64,000 nt of DNA from an uncultured Planctomycetia bacterium (GTDB taxonomy: Bacteria > Omnitrophota > Gorgyraeia > 1-14-0-20-64-10), in assembly GCA_964373715.1 (NCBI GenBank), contig CAYJVR010000005.1, positions 46,805-110,804 of the forward strand, given 5' to 3'. Of the stretch, positions 53,129 through 62,800 are shown one piece after another (the first letter of the stretch is position 1; each line of letters begins with the position of its first letter). The position numbers and the translations under genes are program-made. The notes below the pieces were generated by a model. It had not been told where the DNA came from, ran no database searches, and was given only the letters and a program-made list of their open reading frames with translations.

Positions 53129-56100
53129 CCTTGAATTCGGCAGCGTAAAGAACGAATCCCATCTCTTCCAAAATCTTCTTCATCACCTCGAATCCGACCG
53201 ACGGATGGATCGGAACAAAACCGGCCATTCCGCTAAACGACTCCTCAAGGCTTCTTAACGCCGCCTCCCGGTCTCCGCCGTACGCTTCGACCGACACCAC
53301 CCGGTACTGATCTTCCCGCAATCCAGATTCCCTGAACAAACGGTTCAAACCTTCCGCCACCGTCAATCGGTTGGTCAACACCGCCACCGGAACTCCGGAC
53401 TTTGCGACGAACGGAGCCCATGCGACGTATCCGGCATCCTGGCCGGGGTACTGGGTCTCATCAAACAGGAAAACTCTCGGCGTTTCCACATCAGCGGAAG
53501 GGAATCCGACCTGGACCTGGCGCACCGCAGGGATCGCCTCGGCCGCCGTCCGCTGCTGAATATCCGCCCACAAGATCGCAGCCGCCATTGAAATATTCGA
53601 ATCCGGCCCGACCGACAATTCCCTCAGATCCCGGCTTAGCCCGCCTGTTTGAAGAAGCACCGCTCCCTCCAACTCTCCGGGCAGACGGCGCAACCCTTCC
53701 GCCACCGTGGCCACCGGCAAATCTTCCTCCTTTCCTGCCTGAGGCAGAGACTCCACCGGGTGGTGCGTCATCGAAAGGATCGGTCTGCCCATAACTTCAT
53801 CAAACACGATCCGAATTTCCGGCTGTGCCAGAAGAATGCGGGCGCTGGTTCTTTCATAAAGGATGGGCAGCTTCTCTCCGGGTTCGTTCTTTTTGCCTCC
53901 GAAGTACGTTTCTCCCTTCGGACCGTATGTCACCGGGCCGCCGACATACAACCGGCCGAACTGCATCCTCCCCTCCTCGTCAAACACGAGAGAAGCCAGC
54001 GGAATCGGCGCTTCCTTGCCGTCTTTCCCCTTCTGGTTGTAAACCTCGAGAGAAACGTGCCGGGTGGTCACTCCGACCGGCACAGGCTCCAGAATGGTCT
54101 CCCCTTTCGGCCCCCGGACCGGTCTCACCTGATAGGTGACGTATCCCACAAACCCCTGCGTGGGGGGCAGGAGTTTGGCCGGATCCTTGGGGTCTCCTTT
54201 GGCGAGAAGCCCCAGACGGATTGCCTCCGGGCCGACCGAATAGATCCCCGTGCCGCCGACGACCCAGTAGTAGCCGCTCTGCTCCTCGTACCGCCAATCT
54301 CCCTGGACGGCAATGACATACTCCTTAGGCCCGAACTCCGTAAAAGCGGCCACCGCCAGCAGCCTTTCTTTGGGAATCGACCGGCCCTCTCCCGGGAGTC
54401 CTTTCGGGATGATCACCCGAGTCGTTGAGATCTTCCGGTCTCCGCCCTCCGGCAGGTAGCGGGGGCGGGAGAGCCACATCCACTGCCCTTCGCCGGAAAT
54501 CACCGGGATGGCAATCTGTTTCTCCCCTTTCTGCACCCAGACGACACCCGACAACGGCGTGCTGCCCTTGTCGCCCAACAGCAGCTGCAGGCTGTCGGCC
54601 GAGGGGTGGGTCGATACCGCCGCTCCCAACGCCGGCAAAGGGATTCCTGCCTTCTGCAATTCCTGGTAAAACTTCTTCTGGTCATTGAGCTGGGTCTGGA
54701 TCGATCGGTCGGCCGCCACCAGTTCCATCCAAGTTGGGATATGGTTGAAGAAAATGTTGCTCTTCCTTTGATACAAAGCCAGGCGGTCCTCCCGATATTC
54801 GAGGCGGATGCCGACCCGGGTCAACTCGGCATCGATCTGATCGAAAAGGGCCTGCTCGTACGCTTTTCGCGCCTCCAGAAAACCCTTGCCGCTTTCCTCC
54901 ATATCAACTAAAACAATGAGTTTCTTCCGAACATTCGATTGGGCCTTTTTCACATCCGAGCCGTGCATGACGTCGATCCAGTTCTCATAGCTGATGCCGG
55001 ACATGTACCCCTTCCTCTTCGCTAATTCCGGATGAGCCGCCTGGTAAAGACCGTACTCCTTGTGCGCCTCCTCGGAAAGCTTGTCGGCCTCGGCTTGAAT
55101 GACGGCCACCCGCTGCTGCTTCAACTGGCCGGGAACTTTCAGGAGCTTTTCGTACAGTTTACGCGCCTCCGCCTCATCGGCGGGAGTCGGCAACCCGATC
55201 ACCACCGGAGGAACAAGCGCCTGGAAATTGAGCAGGCTGGAGCGGGGCTCCTGCACAGCAAGCGGAAAGGTCGGCATCCCCAATTCGGTCAGAGATCCGA
55301 AAACCTCCTGAACCGTCTTGAGGCCGTCTGCATCGATCTGGGCGATCGCGAGGGCCACCTTATCGTCGGACCCAATCCAGACGGGAAGCAGTTTGGCAGA
55401 CGTGGTTTTCCCAACCTGTACCGCAAGCTGGTCGACACGGAACTTGGCCTGCCCGATCATCGCCTCCAGATGTTTCCGGTTCGCGTCATCCAACGCCAAC
55501 TGAGCAAACAGCTGGCCATCGGGAGTCGTCGCCTTGACGAGGGTCCGCTGGGCCGCCAAAACTTTTCGGCCGGCCGCCCGAACGCTGTTGAGTTTCTCGT
55601 GGTACTCGGCGGAATCAAATGCCCTGCCGGCGATGTAGCCCAACTTGTTCTGCCGGGCCGTCCAGTAATAATAGAGGCTGGCGATCGTATCGTCGGCTTC
55701 GGTCATCTGAGATTCAAGATCGAGAAGCCGGTCGATACGATCCCGGGCCGAAGCGATGACCCCCTCCTTTTCCTCTTTCGTGAGCGCCTTTGCCGGCGGA
55801 GCAATGACCGGCACCATCTCTCGGATGTCGAGCAAAGAAACCCCTTCCGGTTGGATTCCGGGAAGCGGCAGGTAAGAGCCCAGCTTTCCGAGGTCGGCAT
55901 AGAGGAGCCTCATCTCTTTGAGCTGGTCGACGTGGATCCCGATCTTCTCGCGGAATCTCGCCAGCGATTCCTCGCGGGCCTTCACCGACCCGACAATCCC
56001 CTCCCTAAACTTGATGTCGGCTCGGTCGGACCAGGTATCCAGCTTCAGCTTGTGCTCCCAATAACCGATCTCCGCGCTCAGCTGGTCGTCGATTGCCCTC

Positions 56101-56819
56101 TGCAGTTCGCCGTACAGCGCGGCCCGGTTCTTCAGCGGAGCGGTCAAGAACTTCTGCTGAATCGAAAGGACCTGCTTTTCCTGAGAGGCGACCGGCGTCC
56201 GCTCCAGCGCAAGGTTCGCGTACTCGGAGTCGGCCCGGCTGGCGTACCCTTTAGCGAGCTGAAGCTGGATCCAGACCGCCCATTGACGGTTCAATTCCAG
56301 AGGAACATCGGCCCGTTTGGATTGCTCCTCCAGCATCTTGATCTGGAGGTTTCTCAATGCGGTATCGTCGATCACTCCACTGTGCACAGCGGCAAGCAGA
56401 GGGTCCACCGCCGGAAGAGGGACCGCCTTCTTCGGCGGCTCCGGCGGTTTGAGTCGTCCCGGGTCCTGAAAAACGACGTTGCCCTTGGGATTATCGGCCG
56501 GAGGAGGATTCCCTGTCGGCAGGTAGGTAAACCAAAGAATTCCTCCGAACAAAAGAGCAAGAGCCGTCGCGGAAAAAATCCCCCAGCGTCTCCCGTTCGA
56601 ATTCTCTTCGAGACCGCCCAGGGAATCGATCGGAGCGACCATCTGCTGCGCGGGAGCCGGCCGGAGCTGGTTGACCAGATCCTGCAAACCGCTGTCGGTC
56701 TGCTCAGCCACCTGGGTGGTTCTCAAAGCAAAAACGGGGGTGCTCTGGCCTAAGCTGACGCTTAAGACCAACACCCCCACAAGAATTTTTCTTCCGATAC
56801 CAAGCCGTTTCATACCCAT
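53085..56819 (-). CDS. Giant (1244 aa) secreted protein with an N-terminal TM anchor, a long helical region, the conserved C-proximal module, and a C-terminal domain about 70% identical to that of the upstream giant; start probably at 56813
   Basis: Signal and TM segments. Module GGPVTYGPKGETYFGGKKNEPGEKLPILYERTSARILLAQPEIRIVFDE (about 53700-54450). C-terminus ... DAGYVAWAPFVAKSGVPVAVLT ... KVQAYLDSLA. A GGGGGAAGG SD-like purine run precedes the start. Confidence 0.8.
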   Translation of the reverse strand: MGMKRLGIGRKILVGVLVLSVSLGQSTPVFALRTTQVAEQTDSGLQDLVNQLRPAPAQQMVAPIDSLGGLEENSNGRRWGIFSATALALLFGGILWFTYLPTGNPPPADNPKGNVVFQDPGRLKPPEPPKKAVPLPAVDPLLAAVHSGVIDDTALRNLQIKMLEEQSKRADVPLELNRQWAVWIQLQLAKGYASRADSEYANLALERTPVASQEKQVLSIQQKFLTAPLKNRAALYGELQRAIDDQLSAEIGYWEHKLKLDTWSDRADIKFREGIVGSVKAREESLARFREKIGIHVDQLKEMRLLYADLGKLGSYLPLPGIQPEGVSLLDIREMVPVIAPPAKALTKEEKEGVIASARDRIDRLLDLESQMTEADDTIASLYYYWTARQNKLGYIAGRAFDSAEYHEKLNSVRAAGRKVLAAQRTLVKATTPDGQLFAQLALDDANRKHLEAMIGQAKFRVDQLAVQVGKTTSAKLLPVWIGSDDKVALAIAQIDADGLKTVQEVFGSLTELGMPTFPLAVQEPRSSLLNFQALVPPVVIGLPTPADEAEARKLYEKLLKVPGQLKQQRVAVIQAEADKLSEEAHKEYGLYQAAHPELAKRKGYMSGISYENWIDVMHGSDVKKAQSNVRKKLIVLVDMEESGKGFLEARKAYEQALFDQIDAELTRVGIRLEYREDRLALYQRKSNIFFNHIPTWMELVAADRSIQTQLNDQKKFYQELQKAGIPLPALGAAVSTHPSADSLQLLLGDKGSTPLSGVVWVQKGEKQIAIPVISGEGQWMWLSRPRYLPEGGDRKISTTRVIIPKGLPGEGRSIPKERLLAVAAFTEFGPKEYVIAVQGDWRYEEQSGYYWVVGGTGIYSVGPEAIRLGLLAKGDPKDPAKLLPPTQGFVGYVTYQVRPVRGPKGETILEPVPVGVTTRHVSLEVYNQKGKDGKEAPIPLASLVFDEEGRMQFGRLYVGGPVTYGPKGETYFGGKKNEPGEKLPILYERTSARILLAQPEIRIVFDEVMGRPILSMTHHPVESLPQAGKEEDLPVATVAEGLRRLPGELEGAVLLQTGGLSRDLRELSVGPDSNISMAAAILWADIQQRTAAEAIPAVRQVQVGFPSADVETPRVFLFDETQYPGQDAGYVAWAPFVAKSGVPVAVLTNRLTVAEGLNRLFRESGLREDQYRVVSVEAYGGDREAALRSLEESFSGMAGFVPIHPSVGFEVMKKILEEMGFVLYAAEFKVDFQKVQAYLDSLA

Positions 56820-56838
56820 CCTTCCCCCAACCTCGGCG

Positions 56839-59800
56839 TTACGCCAAGCTGTCCAGGTAGGACTGCACCTTCTGAAGGTCTACTTTGAAATTTTCGCTGA
56901 TAACGACAAATCCCATCTGCTCCAGAACACGCTTCATCATCTCGAACCCTACTGTCGGCTGCACCACCGGGAAAGAGGAGGCCCCCACGAGGAGGTTCTC
57001 TAACGCAGCCAGGGCTTGTTGGCGGTCTCCGGCAAACTCCTCCAGGGAGACCACGGCATAGCTATCCGCAGACAAGCCTGTTTCACGGAAGAGTTTCTTT
57101 AACCCTTCCGCCACAGCCGCCTTTTGCGTAAGAACCGCCACAGAGGCGCCCGACTTCGCGACAAACGGCGCCCAGGCAATATATCCCGCGTCCGTGCTTT
57201 CATAGAGCGTCTCATCGAACAAAAGACCCGTCAGCTCCACCGCATCCGCAGGCCGGAAATCAGCCCGTATCGCCTGGACCGCCGGAACGGCGTCCGCTTC
57301 AAGACCGGTCTGAATTTCGCTCCGCAGAGCGCCGGCTTCAATCCCAAGATCCAGATCAGGGCCGTGGGCCATTTGGCCCAGCGCCCGGCTGAGCTCTCCA
57401 ACCTGACCAGGAATGATCGCCGCTCCCCGCAGTTCCACCGACAACTGCTGAAGAAGAGGCACGGTGGCGACGGTTTCTGTTGTCCGCGCCAGCTCCTCCA
57501 AACCGGCGCCGGGAGTGGTACCAGGCGGAGTGGTATCGTCAGGTTCAACCGGAGGAGCCGGCGGTTCATCCGTGCCGGAAGATTCAACCGGCGGAGCGGC
57601 TGTTTGATCCGCGGCGGTCGTATCGGTCGTGGTTACCGGCGATTGCGCCGAGGTGCCGGTTCCCTCGCCTTGTCCGCGGCGCAGAATCCTCCGGCCGATG
57701 ATCCAGCCCAAACCCAATGTCGCCAAACCGGCAACCGCCAATCCGCCGATGGTGAGAAGCGACCACCCCTGTCCTTCAATTTCTTCTTGAGCCTGCGGCT
57801 GCTGAATGGGCTGAATGGGAGCCGGGGCCTGCGGAAGCGCATGGTCATGGTTTCTAAAGGAGACGATCAACAACTGGGCCTGCTCGTCATAAACAATCCG
57901 GACCTCTTTGATAACCGGAACGGTCCGGGCGCCGACCCGCTCAAAAACAGGAACAAGGCGCTGGCCGGCATTGTCCTGACGGCCGTACTGGGCCACACCC
58001 TGGTCACCGTATGTCACCAAACCGCCCGTGAAAAATTCGCCGTAAGAGGGCCTGCCGTCAGCGCCGGGCCCGATTGAGGAGAGACGGATCGGTGCTTCAC
58101 GGCCTTCCACCCGCCGGTTGTAGGCCTCCAGAGGAATTTGCTGGACCACGACACCGATCGGCGCGTATTCCCGGCGCGTTCCGCCGGTGGCGGTCGGCAT
58201 CATCCGAACCGCATAGGCGGCGAATCCGATCAGGCCGTGCGTCGAAGGCAACTGCCTGGTTGGATCGGCCGGATCAGGCCGGATCACGGTTCCCAACCGG
58301 ATCGCCTCGGTATTCGAATCAAGTGTGATGCCCCCCTCCAGCGCCTCCACACGGTAATAGCCGGACCTGAGCTGATACGGCTTCAGCCCCCAGGAGGTCA
58401 CATAGAGCCGCTTGCCTACCGTTCCCCCTCTCTGCGGACCTTCCAAAGCTCCGGTGTCAGACCGAACCTGCTGGAAATATTCAGGCAGAATGAAGTTCCC
58501 TTCGGCCGGCTCGCCGCGCCGGATCCGGAGCATCCGGTGCTCCGCAGCCCAATCGTTCACTTCTCCGAGAACCGGAGGACCGGCCAGCCAAACCCACCAG
58601 GCTCCCGGCAGCACCAGCATCGACCGTTCATCTCCGTGCACGCGGGCCGTGCCGACCCCCAATTGGGTGGCATCCAACACCAGTTTCAAAGATTCCGGCG
58701 AAGCAGAAGAGGTGGAGGATCCAGTCGGCTTATCGAAATCGATCAGCGGAAACCCGTTTTCCCTGAACCGGGTATTGAGCTGAACCCGGGCATCCAGCTC
58801 GTTCTTCCGGAGAGTCAAAGCTTCGGCCTGCGCCCGGAAGAAATCAATCTCTTCCCGGCTGTAGGGGGCCGAAGGAGCGCTCGCCGTCCGCACCCGCTCG
58901 TTCAGCACCGCCACCCTGGCGGTGATCCGGGTTCTCTCCCGGTTGGTCACTTCGACGATTGCCAATTCGTATCGGTCCACCGCGGCTGTGAAGCTCTCCT
59001 GATTGGTCGCGCGAACAATCGCCTTTTCCGCCAGAGCAAGCACCTTTCGGGCCTCATAGAGCCGCGTTTCGTTCCGCATGTCGGCCGCATCGTCCCCAGC
59101 CCACCTGCCTATCGCATTCCTGGCCAAAAGCCGCTCGATCCGCTCTGCATCTTCGTTGAGTTTTGCGATCTCTAAATCCGCAACGGCGGCCTTATCATCG
59201 AACATTTCCATCTGAATGTTCCACGCGTTGATCTCCAACTCCGCGATCTGTTCCGCCTCCAATTCCTCCGTCAAGCCGATCTGTGCCGGCTGAATCAGGG
59301 CCTGAATATCGATCGCCCCTGAGATCGTGTCCGTGGTCTGAAGTATGGAGGCCGGGAACCCGAGTTGGCGAAGGATCTCATCCAACTGCTGCTGCTTCAA
59401 AATCAGGCGCCGCTGAACCTGGACCTTCCTGAGTTCATATTGGGCGTCGCTGTGTTCCTGTCTGCTGGTCGCTCCTCTCTCAAGCAGCCAAGCCTGGCGG
59501 TTAAACTCCGCTTGCCGATAGGTGACTCGAGCGCCGGCCAAGAGAACCAAGGAACCGGTCTGTTCGATGATCGCGGCATCCAAGCGCTGTTGGGCCTGCA
59601 AAAGATTGGCCGGCCTGCCGGCGGCTCCCCGAGGGTGATCGATCCCGCCGGCTACCAGCAGTATCCACTGCTGGGCCGTCAACACGTTCTTGAGGGAAGT
59701 AAACTGGGTGGCCTGAGCATTGAGGAAGGCTGCCGCTTCCCGTTCAGAAAGGGAAATGGCACGACGCGCGTACAAGTCTGCCGCCCTCTGATAAATCCGG

Positions 59801-62800
59801 CGCCGGATGTCGATGTGCACATCCAGCCGGTCCTTCTCGATCTCTAAGATGTTGAAAAGGTGCAGGCGGACCGACCGAAGCAAACGGTTTTTCTCTTCAT
59901 CGGTGAGCCGCGGCATCTGACCGGGCAAAGGAGGCACGGCATCCCGGATGTTGGCTCCAATCTCTACGCTGGACATCCGGGCCACCGGAAGCGGCATATA
60001 GCCGCCGATCTGGGCCAGGTCCGCATACATCCGGGCCAACTCCTGCAAAAGCCTGAGTTGGTGGCCAGAACCCTGAAAAGAAGCGCCGATCAGATCGGCC
60101 TCCTCCCGGGAGATCGAATTCAAACGGAGCAGCCTCTGGGCCCGATCGTTCTGCTCCGTGAAAAAGCGCTGGACCGCCTCCGCGCTCCGAATGGCGGCCT
60201 CAATTTGGGCCCGAATCGAATCGGTCACCTCTCCGGGGCGCGGGTCCGTTCCGGACAGGTAGGAGCGCAGAAGAGCCAAGACCTGCCCCTCCGCCGCAAT
60301 CAACGGCCCCATCTCCACGGCGGCCATCGCCTCCTGGAGCTCCTCGAGGCTGATCGCGCCGCTGCCGCGCAACCTTCGATACCGCTCCAGATTGGCCTGC
60401 AAGAAACGCAGACGGGGCTGGGCAAAGGCAGCCTGATTGGCCAGCAGGGTTCCCTGCAGATCCCGGACGGACTGAGTGGTCGGATCGGGCGGAATCTGAG
60501 CGTTGGTCTCAGGGGGGTCGACCAGCGAAGCGGCGGTCAGCAACGCGGCGCCGGCAAAAAACGCTTTCAAGAATTCCCGCCGGTCCGGATTCAACGTATC
60601 CACAGGGGGATCCCCTTCAAGACCGGCGACCGGCGCGGCCCCCATCGGCCGGGCGAGAACCACTTCTAACTTATTAAGGACATCCTTCGAAGCGATGATC
60701 AGATGGTCTTTACCCGCTTGACGAAGAATCCTGTTGATCGCGCGCAGATGCGGCTGCGCGTCGGTAATCAACGCCTCGCGGCCTCCCCAACTGGGCGGAA
60801 AGAATTGAATGCCGACGAGTGTGACCGTCTTCATATCCGAAACTCGGCGGCTCTGGCTCAAGTGGAACGTCGGCGTATCGGCGATCGGCCCGACCGTTCC
60901 GTTCTGCTCGGCCAGCCAGACGGCGGATAAAGCCATCCGAGGATCAATGAATGTCCCCTGCAGAAGACGCTCCATGACCGCTAAATCGTTCAAAGTCTGA
61001 CCCGGCGCAATCTGGGCAGGACCGGCGAGGGCACCCCGGTCTATCTGAATCCGCTCGATCTGCCGGGCCAATGCTCCGCCTCTGTGCTGGTCAATATGGG
61101 CAAACATCAGATACCAGAGAAGTGCCTCGATTTCGGCGGGAGCATACGCCCCCACGACACGGCTGAACAAAGGAGACAACGTACCGGCGCTCAATAGATA
61201 GCTGTAGACGCTCGCCCCACTGGCGCCGGCGGTGGAAACCTCATTCCGGTCAAAAGCCTCCAACGCGCTCGTGATAGAGATAAAGAAATTAAGCTGCTGG
61301 TCACTGCTGAGGTGGGCCACATCCGCCAGAACACCGGAGATATCGGAAGCGGCTCCCGAACGAAGGACCGTGTTCGCCCGCTCCATCCCCATCCCCTTGG
61401 CAAAGAGCATCGCCCTCTGCATCGCGTCTTCGTCATCCCGCATCCGGAGCATCTCGTAGAGGAGTTTCCTCTCCAGCCACAGAGAGACCGCGGGCGAGGA
61501 GGGAAGTCCGGCCGGGTTGAGCAACATCATTTCATTGACGCCGGTATCCTCGGCCAGCGTCCTGCTCGGATAGGCCTCACGGGTCATGCGGCCGCTGTTA
61601 AGATAATTGAGCTCGGAGAGAACCCGGGTCCACGCCGGCTCGTTGGCCAGGCGCAGAGCCACGGTAATAGGAAGTGCGCTCGCGTCCGCCGCGGTCGCGC
61701 TGCGCTCAAAAAGGGTCACCTTCCCATAAGGCAGGCCGGGAGGTAGCGGACCGAACCAGAGGGGCCAATCCACATCATGGATCATCCCCTGGAACATCGT
61801 GACCGGCTGTCCCGCATTAGCGGCCAGGATACGGGCATCGAGGCTGTAGAGCAACGACCGGGTCGGGAGTACATTGTCCAGAGGCCTGATGATCAGCCGG
61901 AGAAGAACCTGATAGATGACCCATTTCGCGAAACCGGGGATCAGGGAGAGGCTCCGGATGCCGTCCCCGCGCCATCCCTCATCCACCCATTGATCCAGCC
62001 GGTAGCCGTCCTTCCCGTCAAAGCTGTGCCAGGAGCTGACCGCGGCCCGCAGGGCAAGGAAAAGGACCAGTCCGGTCGCCGCCGCCGTAATTAAAAGAGC
62101 CAAGGGGGTCGCCAGACCCAGGCCAACGAGAGCTCCCTTCAACAGCGTGAAACCGCCCGTGGCGGCCCACCACCCAATCCCAGCGCTCGCGGCGGTTCCC
62201 AAAACGCGGTTCAGGAAACGGCCGACCGGTCCCAGAGAATCCAACGCGTGGCTGAGGTGATAAAGTATGCCGTCAACGATCGGGAACCGGTGCGGCCTTA
62301 TCCCGGGATTGAACATGCCGGAATAGCGCATCTCCGGCGAGATAAACAGCCCGCCCCGCAAAGAGGAGACCCCTCCCCTGCCGCGCTGAGCCATCGTCCG
62401 GACGACCGAATCGGTGTCCGGCTGAAGATGGCTCTCTTGGCGCAGAAGCCACTCCACGTACGGCTCGGTCGAGCCGGAATCCAGATAGGCCTGGACCGGG
62501 TTGTCATGCGTCGAAGAGATCCGTATGCCCCCCATCGCGGTGGCCGGAGAGCTCCATCCCCACGACCGGCGCCGTTCATTCACCCGGTCCCGGAGACTGG
62601 CAGGAAGCAGATTATTCAAGAGGTAATGCGGCGTGGCATGGCCGTGATGATCCCGAAACCACATCATGATCCTCTGCTTATTGCCCAAACTCGGAACACC
62701 GGGATCATGCGAACCATAGTTCAGCGCGGTGATAAGGTCCGGCGGCTGGCCGGCGGCCGCCCGGTGCCCTTCCACGATCCGGACCATCACGTACTGCGCC

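Noticed and set aside
60540-60660. Interpreting the internal RREFLK motif as the start of a separate Tat-secreted gene
   Set aside because: There is no stop codon between the upstream sequence and this motif, so it cannot be an independent gene unless an internal start is used. It is kept only as a low-weight observation
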